Origin: Alphaproteobacteria bacterium
GTDB taxonomy: Bacteria > Pseudomonadota > Alphaproteobacteria > UBA828
NCBI GenBank assembly: GCA_963667785.2
Contig: CAXXMU010000006.1
Coordinates: 480,001-544,000, forward strand
DNA: 64,000 nt
Direction of reading: 5' to 3'
The translations under genes were made by a program, and so were the position numbers. Positions 43,571-53,935 of this stretch are shown piece after piece. The notes under the pieces were generated by a model. That model did not search any database and was not told the DNA's origin. It saw only the letters and a list, made by a program, of their open reading frames with translations. Positions within the stretch are counted from its first letter, which is position 1. The number at the start of each line of letters is the position of its first letter.

Positions 43571-44529
43571 CGCTCGACGTGCTGGTCGGCGGCCGTCGGT
43601 CGGCGGTGCTCTCCGGCCGGCTGCGATCGCTCACCGTCACCGACGGGATGAACTACAGCGCCGACAGGGCGACGCTCTCGCTGTCCGCGCCGGCGCAGGC
43701 CGAGATCGAGATTCCTCCCCTGGGCGCCGAGCTGCGCTTCGCGGCCGACGGCGCGTATCTGGGCGGGCCGCTCCGGGCTACGGCGATCCACGGCGACAGC
43801 CGCGCTGGCGCCATCACCGTCGAGTCGGCCGCGCTGGCTCCGCGCACCACGCTCCGGGAGCGCCGCCTGGCGTCCTGGTCGGGGCAGTCGATCGGCGAGA
43901 TCGTCGCCGCGATCGCCGACAGGGCGGGCCTGGTGCCGGCGGTCTCGGCCGCCCTGGGCAGCGTGGTTCCTGCCGGGGCCATCCAGTCGGACGAGAGCGA
44001 CGAGCAGTTCCTCCGGGACCTGGTCGAGAGGCTCAACGGGCGGGCCGTATACAAGCATGGGCGCCTCGTAGTGCTGGCCGCCGGCGAGGCCCTGTCGGTG
44101 TCCGGATCGGAGCTGCCGGCCGTCGCGATCGACCTGCGCGCCAGCGGCGCCTGGGTGCGGTGGCGCAGGACCGAGCGGGCGATCGTGGACGTCATGCAGG
44201 CCACCTATCTCGAGGCGGACGGGGCGACGTCGGCCTATCTCACGCTCGGCGACCAGCCGCAGGGCAGGCGGACGGTGTACGCGAAGGTGCCCGGCGTCTT
44301 TGCGTCCAAGACGGATGCGGAGGCGGCACTTCGCCGGAAGCTCGCCGGAGCCCGCGCGGGCGTCGATCACCTCGAGGTGCGGACGTCGCTCACGCCGGAG
44401 GCCAAGGCCCTCTATCCGGTCACGTTTTCCGGGGTGCCGCAGGGCTTCCCGACGCGCCTCATTATCCACCAGGTCCGACACGAGCTGGGGCGCCGCGTCG
44501 CCACCACGACCATCACCGCCAGGCCCTGA
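43561..44529 (+). CDS. P2 gpD-like baseplate hub/late control protein
   Basis: RLRSLTVTDG..ADRATLSL...SIGEIVAAIADRAGL...QSDESDEQFLRDL. Confidence 0.88.
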   Translation: MGLTLDVLVGGRRSAVLSGRLRSLTVTDGMNYSADRATLSLSAPAQAEIEIPPLGAELRFAADGAYLGGPLRATAIHGDSRAGAITVESAALAPRTTLRERRLASWSGQSIGEIVAAIADRAGLVPAVSAALGSVVPAGAIQSDESDEQFLRDLVERLNGRAVYKHGRLVVLAAGEALSVSGSELPAVAIDLRASGAWVRWRRTERAIVDVMQATYLEADGATSAYLTLGDQPQGRRTVYAKVPGVFASKTDAEAALRRKLAGARAGVDHLEVRTSLTPEAKALYPVTFSGVPQGFPTRLIIHQVRHELGRRVATTTITARP

Positions 44530-44549
44530 ATATCCCGGCAATTTGCGGC

Positions 44550-44784
44550 CTGTGATTCGCCGGCATTTTCCGCGCCGTTCGCGGCCGATGCACGGCCCCT
44601 TTATCGCCTGTTTCCGGGCCGATCACGTGCTCTGCACGGCGGGATTCCCAGAGACTTTTGCTGCGCACTTCCCGCCCTACTGGCCGTTCCGCACGGCCAC
44701 ACCTCACGGTCACCGTGCGATTCCACCAACGTTCACGCGATTCCGGACGATTTCGCGATTCCGCCCAACTTCTGCGTCTTCACA
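44550..44784 (-). repeat. right prophage end: CGATTCC repeats plus CA
   Basis: GATTC at 44554, 44643, 44719, 44739 and 44757; the terminal three mirror the left-end GGAATCG repeats. Confidence 0.8.
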
Positions 44785-44874
44785 CTCAAGTAGGGACGGA
44801 GCGGGGCCGCTGACGCGGGGCCCCTCCCCTCGGCTGCAACAGGTCGCGCGGTTGCGGCACCCACGCCGGGTCCG

Positions 44875-45102
44875 CTAGAGCATTATCCGACCATACGAGT
44901 TCACCACGGCTTGACGACTCCCACCTCCCCCTGTCCCCCTCCCCCAAAGGCGGAGGGGGAACGTGACGGCGCCGCCTTCTCTCCCTCTCCGCCCCTGGGG
45001 GAGAGGGCCGGGGTGAGGTGGGGGACGCTCGGGCAACACCGCACGAAGATTGGGCACCCGCAGCAACTCGCTGCGATCGTGTCTGAACGAAAAGTGCTCT
45101 AG
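44875..45102 (+). mobile_element. MITE-like element with internal REP-like hairpins, copy 1
   Basis: CTAGAGCA...TGCTCTAG ends; near-identical inverted copy at 57050-57273. Confidence 0.85.
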
Positions 45103-45111
45103 GACTTGGCG

Positions 45112-46188
45112 ATGAGCGACCGCGCGGAGGCGACCTTCGGCTTCACCGTCGGCCCGGTGATGCCGGCTTCGCGGGAAGGCCCGGCCGGCGACCGCGAGCG
45201 CTACCGCGAGATGCTGGAGGATTGCCGCTTCGGGCAGGCGCTCGGGTTCGGCAGCGTCTGGGCGCTGGAGCACCACTTCACCGACTACTACCCCTCGCCC
45301 TCCCCGCTCCTCTTCCTCAGCCACGTCGCCGCGGCCTGCCCCGGCCTGGGCTTGGGCACCGCGGTGATCGTGCTTCCCTGGTACGAGCCGGTGCGCTTCG
45401 CCGAGGAAGTGGCGATGCTGAGCCTGATGACCGACGGCGAGCTGCATATCGGCCTCGGGCGCGGCGTCGCGCGGATCGAGTACGAGGCGCGCGCCATCGA
45501 CATGGCGCACTCCCGCGAACTCTTCCGCGAGCACTACGAGATCGCGCGCGGGCTCCTGAGCGGTGAGCCCTTCCGCTACGCCGGCACGCACGCGACGATC
45601 CCGCGCGAGGTGACGCTCCGGCCGGGGCCCGCGCGGGAGCGCATCCACCTCTACGGCGCCTGCAACAATCCCGGCACCGCCGAGCGCATGGCGGAGATGG
45701 GCCTCGGCCTGCTCTGCACCTCGGCCTCGCCTTTCGAGCAGAACGCCGGCTCCATCGCGGCGTGGAAGGCGATCGCAGCGGCCAACGGCGGCAACGCCGG
45801 GGCCAACATCCCGCTCTGGATCCACTGCGTCATCGCCGACAGCGAGGACGAGGCGAGGGAGGAGGCGATCACCCACCTCGTCAGCTTCTTCCGCGCGGTG
45901 GTGGCGCACTACGAGACCCACGCCAACCCGTGGAAGGACGTGCCCACCTACGAGCGCAACGTGCAGCAGATGGAGCGGATGGAGGCGATGGCCGATGCCG
46001 CCAACCTGCCGCCCTTCCTCGCGCACCAGTTGGTCGGCACGCCCGCGCAGGTGGCGGCCCAGGTGCGGCGCTACCGCGATATCGGCGTCACCCAGTTCGC
46101 CATCAACACGGCCCAGCCCGGCCGGCCGAAGGAGAGCCGGCGGCGCTCGATGGAGCGCTTTGCCCGCGAGGTAATGCCGCTGGTGTGA
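45112..46188 (+). CDS. luciferase-like (LLM) flavin-dependent oxidoreductase
   Basis: GFGSVWALEHHF, LGTAVIVLPW..PVRFAEE and IGLGRG motifs. Confidence 0.9.
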   Translation: MSDRAEATFGFTVGPVMPASREGPAGDRERYREMLEDCRFGQALGFGSVWALEHHFTDYYPSPSPLLFLSHVAAACPGLGLGTAVIVLPWYEPVRFAEEVAMLSLMTDGELHIGLGRGVARIEYEARAIDMAHSRELFREHYEIARGLLSGEPFRYAGTHATIPREVTLRPGPARERIHLYGACNNPGTAERMAEMGLGLLCTSASPFEQNAGSIAAWKAIAAANGGNAGANIPLWIHCVIADSEDEAREEAITHLVSFFRAVVAHYETHANPWKDVPTYERNVQQMERMEAMADAANLPPFLAHQLVGTPAQVAAQVRRYRDIGVTQFAINTAQPGRPKESRRRSMERFAREVMPLV

Positions 46189-46204
46189 GCATTGCTCCCA
46201 CACC

Positions 46205-48295
46205 TCAGCCGCGGCCGGTGACGGCCAGCACGAAGGCGTAGGCCATCGCCACCTCCTTGAGTCGATGGAAGCGGCCGGAGGCCCCGCCGTGGCCCGCCTC
46301 CATGTTGGTGTGCAGCAGCAGCGGATTGTCGTCGGTCTTGAGCCGGCGCAGCTTGGCCACCCACTTGGCCGGCTCCCAGTAGGTTACGCGCGGGTCCGTC
46401 AGCCCTGCGGTGGCGAAGATCGCGGGGTATGCCCTGGCCGCCACGTTCTCGTAGGGCGCGTAGGCCGCGATGGTGCGGTAGGCGCCCTCGTCCTCGACGG
46501 GGTTGCCCCATTCCGGCCATTCCGGCGGGGTCAGCGGCAGGTCCGCGTCGCACATGGTGTTGAGCACGTCGACGAAGGGCACCTCGGCGACGATGGCGGC
46601 GAAGAGGTCGGGCCGCATGTTGGCGACCGCGCCCATCAGCATGCCGCCGGCGCTGCCGCCGTGACCCGCGATCCGCCCCTTCGCCGTGTAGCCCTCGGCG
46701 ATCAGGTGCTCGGCGGCGGCGACGTAGTCGGCGAAGCTGTTGCTCTTCTTCGCGAGCTTGCCGTCGAGATACCAGCCGTAGCCGCAATCGCTGCCGCCGC
46801 GCACATGGGCGATGGCGTAGACGAGGCCGCGATCCACCAGGCTGAGGCGATTGGTGGAGAACGCGGCCGGCATGGCGTGGCCATAGGCGCCGTAGCCATA
46901 GAGCAGCAGCGGCGCCGAGCCGTCGAGCGGGGTATCGCGGCGATGGAGGAGAGAGACGGGCACCCGCGCCCCGTCATGGCTCGTGGCCGAGAGTCGGCGG
47001 GTGACGTAGGCGGCGGGGTCGTGCCCGCTCGGCACCTCCTGCGTCTTGCGCAGCGTGCGGGTGCGCCGCGCCATGTCGTAGTCGAAGGTCTGGCGCGGCG
47101 TCGTCATCGAGCTGTAGACGAAGCGCAAGGTCGCGGTCTCGAACTCGTAGCCGGGCACGAGCGCGAGGTCGTAAGCCTCCTCGTCGAAGGCGATGGTGTG
47201 GGCCTCGCCGCTCTTCAGATCGGTGACGACGATGCGCGGCAGGCTGTTCGTGCGCTCCAGCCTGACATGGTGGCCGGCGAAGAGGAGCTGGGCGCGAACG
47301 TAGGTGCCGGGCTCGTGGGCGAGCCATTCCTGCCACCCCTGCCTGCCGGGCGAGTCCACCGGCGCGGTGACGATCCTGAAGTCGGTCGCGCCGCCGGCGT
47401 TGGTCAGGATGTAGAGCAGCCCGCCCCGGTGGGCGACGTCGTACTCGATGCCGCGCTCGCGGGCGGCGACGAGGCGGGGCGCGCTTTCCGGCCGGGCGGC
47501 TTCGATCAGGCGGACCTCGGCGGTGGTGTGGTCGTGGGCCGAGACCGTGACGAAGCGCCCGCTCTCAGTCTTGCCGAGGCCGACGAAGAAGCCGGGGTCG
47601 GCCTCCTCGTAAACCACGGGGTCCACCGCCGGCTCGCTGCCGACCCGGTGCCGGCGCACCTGGTATGGGCGGTGGTTCTCGTCGAGCACGGTGTAGAAGA
47701 CGGTCTCGCCGTCGGCCGCCCAGACGACGTCGCCGCGCGCATCCTCGATCGGCCCGTCAATGACCGCGCCAGCCTCGATGTCGCGGACGAAGAGGCGGTA
47801 GCGCTCCGAGCCGTTGAGGTCGAGCGCATAGGCGAGGCGGCGGTGGTCGGGGCTGTGCTCGCAGCCCCCGATCCTGAAGTAGGCCTTGCCCTCGGCCTCG
47901 CGGTTGCCGTCGAGCAGCACCTCTCCCGCGGCCTCGTCCTTGCGCGGGGCGCGGCAATAGAGCGGATGCTCGCCGCCCTCGACATGGCGCACGAAGTAGG
48001 ACCATTCCCCGTCGGGCGCGGGCACCGATGCCTCGTCCTCCTTCATGCGCCTGCGCATCTCGGCGTAGAGCGCCTCTCGCAGCGCCTCGTGGGGCGCGAG
48101 GAAGGCATCGGTGTAGGCGTTCTCCGCCTCGAGATAGGCGCGGATATCGGGGTCGAGCGCATCCGGCTCTCGCATTACCCGCTGCCAGTCGGGATCCTTG
48201 AGCCAGGCATAGTCGTCGCTGCGCGCCGTCCCGTGCAGGGTCGCAGCCACGGGCCTGCGCGCCGCGACAGGGGGCTTGGGCGGGGATGCCGCCAT
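46205..48295 (-). CDS. ptrB: oligopeptidase B (S9A)
   Basis: DDYAWLKD, YLEAENAY, GGSAGG, DPRVTYWEPAKW and AGHGG motifs. Confidence 0.93.
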   Translation of the reverse strand: MAASPPKPPVAARRPVAATLHGTARSDDYAWLKDPDWQRVMREPDALDPDIRAYLEAENAYTDAFLAPHEALREALYAEMRRRMKEDEASVPAPDGEWSYFVRHVEGGEHPLYCRAPRKDEAAGEVLLDGNREAEGKAYFRIGGCEHSPDHRRLAYALDLNGSERYRLFVRDIEAGAVIDGPIEDARGDVVWAADGETVFYTVLDENHRPYQVRRHRVGSEPAVDPVVYEEADPGFFVGLGKTESGRFVTVSAHDHTTAEVRLIEAARPESAPRLVAARERGIEYDVAHRGGLLYILTNAGGATDFRIVTAPVDSPGRQGWQEWLAHEPGTYVRAQLLFAGHHVRLERTNSLPRIVVTDLKSGEAHTIAFDEEAYDLALVPGYEFETATLRFVYSSMTTPRQTFDYDMARRTRTLRKTQEVPSGHDPAAYVTRRLSATSHDGARVPVSLLHRRDTPLDGSAPLLLYGYGAYGHAMPAAFSTNRLSLVDRGLVYAIAHVRGGSDCGYGWYLDGKLAKKSNSFADYVAAAEHLIAEGYTAKGRIAGHGGSAGGMLMGAVANMRPDLFAAIVAEVPFVDVLNTMCDADLPLTPPEWPEWGNPVEDEGAYRTIAAYAPYENVAARAYPAIFATAGLTDPRVTYWEPAKWVAKLRRLKTDDNPLLLHTNMEAGHGGASGRFHRLKEVAMAYAFVLAVTGRG

Positions 48296-48450
48296 GGTGG
48301 GTCTCTCCTCGGCTCGGCAGCGGACTCCTAGCGCAAGCCGACCGCTTCGCACACCCCGCACCGGCTTGGCGCGGGCGCGGCGGGCGACTATCGTGCGCGG
48401 CTTGTCGCGATCACGCGGGGCGAAGCCCTGCCGCAGGAGCGTGAGAACAG

Positions 48451-50517
48451 ATGAGCAGCGGAGCCGACAGCGCCCGTTTCGTGCTCGCCGTCGATGTCGG
48501 CGGCACGTTCACCGACGTGATCCGCCACGACACGGAGACCGGCGCGGTCGAGGTGGCGAAGACCGCGTCGACCCCGCCCGACTTCATCGACGGCATGCTG
48601 GACGGCATCGCCGCCGTCGGCGCCAGGCCTTCCCGGATCAAGCTCATCAAGATCGGCACCACCATCGCCACCAACACGGTCATCATGCGCACCGGCGCGC
48701 GCACCGCGCTGGTGACGACGGCGGGCTTCACCGACGTGCTGCACGCCGCCCGCGCGGCCCGGCCGACTCTCTACGATTCCGACTGGGACCCGGCGCCGGC
48801 GCTGGTGGACCGCCGCGACACCATGACCGTCGCCCAGCGCACCACCTACGAGGGCGAGGAGCTGGAGCCGCTGGACGAGGCGGGCCTGCGCGCCGTCGCC
48901 GCGCGCTTGCGCGAACGCGGCATCGAGGCGGTGGCGGTGAGCTTCCTCCACAGCTACATCAACGACGCGCACGAGCTGAGGGCCCAGGAGATCCTCGGCG
49001 AGGAGATGCCGCAGGGCTATGTCTGCCGCTCCTCCGACATCCTGCCCGAGATCCGCGAGTTCGAGCGCACCAGCACCACCGTCGCCAACGCCTATCTCGG
49101 CCCGGTGCTGGAGCGCTATCTCGCCTCCCTTATCGCCCGCCTCGAGGGCATCGGCTACGCCGGGCCGGTGCTCATCACCCATTCCGGCGGCGGCGTGATG
49201 TCGATCGAGGCGGCGCGGCGCATTCCGGCGCGAATCTGCCAGTCGGGGCCGGCGGCGGGCGTGATGGCAGGCGCCGCCATCGGCCGGCTGGCGGAAAGGC
49301 CCGACGTGATCGTGCTCGACGTGGGCGGCACCAGCGCCGACGTCTCCCTCTCCCGCCGGGGACGCCCGCTGGTCCGGCCCGAGTGGAACATCGAGTTCAA
49401 CATCGTCATCAGCTTCCCCTCGGTGGACGTCACCACCATCGGCGCGGGCGGCGGCTCCATCGCGCGCATCGACGAGGGCGGCGTGCTCAAGGTAGGGCCG
49501 GAAAGCGCCGGCGCACGGCCCGGTCCGGCCTGCTACGGGCTCGGCGGGAGCGAGCCGACCGCGACCGATGCGAACCTCGTGCTCGGCCGCCTCGGCGCGG
49601 ACATGAAGCTCGCCGGCCGCGTCGCGCTCAGCCCGGCGCTCGCCGAGCGGGCGATCGACGGGATCGCGGAGCCCTTAGGCTACTCCCGGGCGGAGGCCGC
49701 GGCCGGCATCCTCAGGGTCATGCGCGCCAACATGGCGGGCGCGATCAGGCTGATGTCGGTGAAGCGCGGCCACGACCCACGCGACTTCGCGCTCGTCGCC
49801 TTCGGTGGCGCAGGCCCGCTCTACGCGGTCGAGCTCGCCCGCGAGCTCGGCATCCCCGAGGTGATCGTGCCGTTCCGCCCCGGCCTCGGCTCGGCCACCG
49901 GCGTGCTCCACGTGGAGGTGCGGCACGACTTCGTGCAGTCGATCTTCGCCACCGACGAGCGCTTCGATGCGGCCGAGATCAACGATGCCTTCGCCGGACT
50001 GGAGGCGCGCGCCCACGCCCGCCTCGGCCGGGACGGCGTGGCGGCCGAGGACGTGGCGCTCCGCCGCGAGATCGATGTGCGCTACTATGGCCAGGTCTCG
50101 GGCGGGCTCACGCTTCCGGTCAAGGCGGGCGCGCTCGACGACAAGGACATAAGGGGCCTCTTCCGCGCCTTCCACGAGCGCCACACCGAGGACTATGGCT
50201 ATACCCTGCCGGAGGACCTTGCCGAGCTCGAGATCGTCAACGCACGCGTCGCCGCGGAGGCGCGCGCCACGGCCGGTGCGGAGCCGAGATTCGGGGCGAA
50301 CGGCACGGGCGAGCCCGCGCCGAGGGGACGCCGGAAGATGTTCGACGAGAGCGAAGGCTGGCTGGAGGCGCCGGTCTACGAGCGCACGACGCTGCCCGCA
50401 GGCTTCGCCATTCCCGGCCCTGCCATCATCGAGCAGCTCGACAGCACGACCCTGCTCGTCCCCGGCTCGGCGGCGCGGGTGGACGAGCGCTTCAACCTGA
50501 TCTGCACGAGCGGGTGA
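48451..50517 (+). CDS. hydantoinase/oxoprolinase subunit A
   Basis: DVGGTFTD, EFERTSTT, SGPAAG, DVGGTSAD, GAGGGSIA and GPESAGARPGPACY motifs. Confidence 0.93.
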   Translation: MSSGADSARFVLAVDVGGTFTDVIRHDTETGAVEVAKTASTPPDFIDGMLDGIAAVGARPSRIKLIKIGTTIATNTVIMRTGARTALVTTAGFTDVLHAARAARPTLYDSDWDPAPALVDRRDTMTVAQRTTYEGEELEPLDEAGLRAVAARLRERGIEAVAVSFLHSYINDAHELRAQEILGEEMPQGYVCRSSDILPEIREFERTSTTVANAYLGPVLERYLASLIARLEGIGYAGPVLITHSGGGVMSIEAARRIPARICQSGPAAGVMAGAAIGRLAERPDVIVLDVGGTSADVSLSRRGRPLVRPEWNIEFNIVISFPSVDVTTIGAGGGSIARIDEGGVLKVGPESAGARPGPACYGLGGSEPTATDANLVLGRLGADMKLAGRVALSPALAERAIDGIAEPLGYSRAEAAAGILRVMRANMAGAIRLMSVKRGHDPRDFALVAFGGAGPLYAVELARELGIPEVIVPFRPGLGSATGVLHVEVRHDFVQSIFATDERFDAAEINDAFAGLEARAHARLGRDGVAAEDVALRREIDVRYYGQVSGGLTLPVKAGALDDKDIRGLFRAFHERHTEDYGYTLPEDLAELEIVNARVAAEARATAGAEPRFGANGTGEPAPRGRRKMFDESEGWLEAPVYERTTLPAGFAIPGPAIIEQLDSTTLLVPGSAARVDERFNLICTSG

Positions 50518-50522
50518 AGACC

Positions 50523-52379
50523 ATGCAGCTCGACCCCATCACCTTCGAGGTGCTGCGCAACGCTCTCGGCAGCATGTGCGACGAGGGGAGCGAGATGATC
50601 GCCCGCCTCGCCTACGCGCCGACCATCAGCGAGGGCCACGACCACTCCTGCGCGCTGCTGACGGCGGCCGGCCGGCTGGTCGCCCACGGCAACCGGGACC
50701 AGGCGCCGCATATCGGCTCCTTCGAGCCCTCGGTACAGGTGGTGAAGGAGTGGGTGGGCGAGTTCGAGCCCGGCGACATCTACATCTTCAACGACCCCTA
50801 CACCGGCGGCATCCACTGCAACGACGTGAAGCTGATCCGGCCGATCCACCACGAGGGCCGCCTCGTCGCCTTCAACTCCAGCACCGGCCACTGGCCCGAC
50901 GTGGGCGGCGCGCTGCCGGGCAGCTTCAACCCGCGCGCGGTGGACTGCTACTCGGAGGGGCTGCGCATGCCGCCGATGCGGCTCTTCCACAAGGGCGAGC
51001 TCGACCGCACGGTGATGACGCTGATCGAGTACAACATGCGCACCGGCCGCGAGCGCATCGCCGACATCCACGCCCAGCGCCAGGCCGGCTCGCTGATCGA
51101 GGACCGCCTGCTGGAGCTCTACGCCCGCCATGGCGCAGACACCATCGAGGCGCTCTTCGAGGACATCTTCGACTACACCGAGGAGCGCTTTCGCGCCCAG
51201 GTCGCCCAGCTCCCGGACGGGATTTTCGAGTTCGAGGATTTCTCGGACAAGGACATCATGCACCCGGAGACGCCGCGCATCCGGGTGCACTGCCGGCTCA
51301 CCATCGAGGGCGACCGCGCGAGCTTCGACTTCCGCGAGAGCGACGCGGCCCCGGTCGGCCCCTTCGGCTTCCCGCGCGCCTCGCTGGAGACCGCGGTCTT
51401 CGACGGCACGCTGCACTGCTTCCCCCAGCTCGCGCCGCTCAACCACGGGCTGAGCCGGGCGGTCGAGGTGCTGTCGACGCCCGGAAGCTGCGTCCATATC
51501 GAGGAGCCGACGCCGGCATCGGGCTATGCCAGCGGTGCCTACGAGAAGGTGGCGGCGGTCACCATGGCCTGCTGGGCGGCGGCGTTCCAGGACACCGACC
51601 CGAAGCGCATGTACGCCGCCGGCATCAACCTCGCGAACCTCTGCATCGGCGGCGTCCACCCGAAGACCGGCAAGCACTACGTCAACTATCTCTGGAACGA
51701 GGGCGGCCAGGGCGCGCGCAGCTACAAGGACGGCAACCCCTTCCAGATGATGATCTTCATCGGCGGCGCCACCAACCAGCCGGTGGAGATCCTGGAGCGC
51801 TGGTACCCGCTGCTCTACACCAACTGCGAGGGGGTCACGGATTCCTGCGGCGACGGCACCTGGCGCGGCGGAGTGGGGATCGACCGGAGCTTCAAGACCC
51901 TCGGCGCCATGACCATGACCATGCACGGCGACCGTGCCGAGGTGACCCCCTTCGGCCTCGCCGGCGGCACCAACGGCGGCCCCAACACGCTCCGGCTCCG
52001 CCGCGCCGCCGCGCCGGGCGAGGAGGAGGAGCTCGGCATGCACGCCATGGGCATCCGGCTCGCGCCCGGCGACCAGCTCATCTACCGCTCGAACGGCGGC
52101 GGCGGATTCGGCGACCCGCTGGCGCGGCCGCCCGAGGCCGTGCTGGCGGACATCGAGCAGGGCTGGATCACGCGCGCGAAGGCCGAGCGGGTCTATGGCG
52201 TCGTCGTGGCCGGCGGCAACGGCGCGGGCGAGCCCTTGCGCATCGACGAGACGGCGACGGCACGGCGGCGAGCGAGCGCCCGGCCGCCGGCGGAAGGCTA
52301 CGGGCCGGGCGAGGCGCATCCGCTGGGGCGGCTTCTCAAGGCGCCCGGAAACGGGGCGGGCGCCGGAACGCACGGATAA
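50523..52379 (+). CDS. hydantoinase B/oxoprolinase subunit
   Basis: MQLDPITFEVLRNAL, NDPYTGGIHCND, HWPDVGG and GGGGFGDP motifs. Confidence 0.93.
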   Translation: MQLDPITFEVLRNALGSMCDEGSEMIARLAYAPTISEGHDHSCALLTAAGRLVAHGNRDQAPHIGSFEPSVQVVKEWVGEFEPGDIYIFNDPYTGGIHCNDVKLIRPIHHEGRLVAFNSSTGHWPDVGGALPGSFNPRAVDCYSEGLRMPPMRLFHKGELDRTVMTLIEYNMRTGRERIADIHAQRQAGSLIEDRLLELYARHGADTIEALFEDIFDYTEERFRAQVAQLPDGIFEFEDFSDKDIMHPETPRIRVHCRLTIEGDRASFDFRESDAAPVGPFGFPRASLETAVFDGTLHCFPQLAPLNHGLSRAVEVLSTPGSCVHIEEPTPASGYASGAYEKVAAVTMACWAAAFQDTDPKRMYAAGINLANLCIGGVHPKTGKHYVNYLWNEGGQGARSYKDGNPFQMMIFIGGATNQPVEILERWYPLLYTNCEGVTDSCGDGTWRGGVGIDRSFKTLGAMTMTMHGDRAEVTPFGLAGGTNGGPNTLRLRRAAAPGEEEELGMHAMGIRLAPGDQLIYRSNGGGGFGDPLARPPEAVLADIEQGWITRAKAERVYGVVVAGGNGAGEPLRIDETATARRRASARPPAEGYGPGEAHPLGRLLKAPGNGAGAGTHG

Positions 52380-52407
52380 CGAGCAGACGAGTACCGGGAG
52401 GTTCGGC

Positions 52408-53430
52408 ATGGAGTTCGGCATTGCCTTCAAGGGCGACATCGGGATGGAGCGCACGGTCGCGATCGCGCGCCAGTGCGAGGCGGCAGGCTTCGACTACGTC
52501 TGGTTCTTCGATTCCCACATCCTCTGGTCCGACTGCTACACCAAGATGGCGGTCTGCATGGCGCATACCGAGCGGGTGCGCTTCGGCCCGCTGGTGACCA
52601 ACCCCAAGGTGCGCGACTGGTCGGTGGCAGCCAGCCTTTTTGCGACGTTGAGCGACATCGGGCGCGGGCGCTTCGACATCGCCGTCGGGCGCGGCGACAG
52701 CTCCATGCGGGTCATGGGCAAGTCACCGGCGACGCTGGCGTATACCGCCGAGTTCTGCCAGGCGATGCGGGGCATGGTGGCGGGCGAGACCGTGCAGTAC
52801 GCCGACTGCCCGGAGCCCGTCTACATGGACTGGGTCGCCGGCCACCCCCTGCCGGTCTGGTTCGCGGCCTACGGGCCGAAGGCGCTCAAGACCGCCGGCG
52901 AGGTGGGCGACGGGCTCATCATCCAGCTCGCCGACGTGGGCCTCTGCGAGTGGTTCGGCGGCCAGGCCAAGGCGGCAGGCGAGGCGGCAGGTCGCGACAC
53001 GAGCGGCTACCGGGTGCTCGCGGCCGCGCCCGTCTGGGTCGGCGACAAGGAGGCCGGCGTCGCCCAGACCAAGTGGTTCCCGGCGCTGGTCGGCAACCAC
53101 GTGGCCGACATCGTGGAGAAGTACGGCGCCGGCACCGACCTCGTGCCCGACAGCCTCACCGCCTACATCGAGGCGCGGCGCGGCGCAGGCGCCGGCGGCG
53201 AGGGCTACAACTATCGCCAGCACGCCGACAAGGTCTCCGACAACACCTATTACATCACGCCGGAGATCACCGATTCCTTCTGCGTCCTGGGCGAGCCGGA
53301 CGAGCACGTGGCCAAGCTCAAGGCGCTTCAGAAGGCAGGCGTGACCCAGTTCACCATCTATCTCACCAACGGCGCGGAGGAGCGTATCGTCGCCGACTAC
53401 GGCGACCACGTGATCCCGCACTTCCGCTGA
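52408..53430 (+). CDS. LLM-class oxidoreductase (F420-dependent-like family)
   Basis: GFDYVWFFDSHILW, GPLVTNP..RDWSVAASLFATL, GRGDS and AAYGPKAL motifs. Confidence 0.85.
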   Translation: MEFGIAFKGDIGMERTVAIARQCEAAGFDYVWFFDSHILWSDCYTKMAVCMAHTERVRFGPLVTNPKVRDWSVAASLFATLSDIGRGRFDIAVGRGDSSMRVMGKSPATLAYTAEFCQAMRGMVAGETVQYADCPEPVYMDWVAGHPLPVWFAAYGPKALKTAGEVGDGLIIQLADVGLCEWFGGQAKAAGEAAGRDTSGYRVLAAAPVWVGDKEAGVAQTKWFPALVGNHVADIVEKYGAGTDLVPDSLTAYIEARRGAGAGGEGYNYRQHADKVSDNTYYITPEITDSFCVLGEPDEHVAKLKALQKAGVTQFTIYLTNGAEERIVADYGDHVIPHFR

Positions 53431-53496
53431 TCCGGCCCGGAAGCGGGCGGGCGATCGCGCGGAGCGAACACGAGACCAGACCGAGGAGGAGGCACC

Positions 53497-53889
53497 ATGC
53501 TGAAGCGGCACAACCCGGCCACCGTCGTCGAGGCCTTCGGCGGCGGCTACAGCCAGGCGCTCGAGATCCCGGCGGGTGCCCGGCTCGTCTACACCGCGGG
53601 CCAGGTGGGCGTCGCGCCGGACGGCACCACGGCAGAGGGCTTCGCCGCCCAGGCCGACCAGACCTGGGCCAACATCCTCGCGCTGCTCGCCGAGGGCGGC
53701 ATGGGGGTGGACGATATCGTGAAGATCACCGGCTACATCGTCGGCCACGAGAACTTCCCGGCCTACGCGGCGGCGCGGAAGAAGGCGCTCGGCGGCGTGC
53801 GCCCGGCGTCCACCGCCATCATCGTGCCGGCGCTGGCGCTGACGGAATGGCTGGTCGAGATCGAGGCGATGGCCGCGAAGGTGGACTGA
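53497..53889 (+). CDS. RidA/Rid family protein
   Basis: YSQA, AGQVG, RPASTA and LVEIEA motifs. Confidence 0.9.
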   Translation: MLKRHNPATVVEAFGGGYSQALEIPAGARLVYTAGQVGVAPDGTTAEGFAAQADQTWANILALLAEGGMGVDDIVKITGYIVGHENFPAYAAARKKALGGVRPASTAIIVPALALTEWLVEIEAMAAKVD

Positions 53890-53935
53890 GCGGGCCGCAG
53901 GCCCGGCCCGCGCCTGACGCGGGAGCGGAGGGACC

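Larger units (their letters stand above)
5923..44784. mobile_element. Mu-like transposable prophage with P2-like contractile tail, apparently complete
   Basis: TG...CA ends; CTCAA duplicated at 5918-5922 and 44785-44789; 22/29 imperfect terminal inverted repeat; MuA, MuB, Gam, GemA, terminase, portal, MuF, protease I, capsid and tail genes. Confidence 0.95.
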
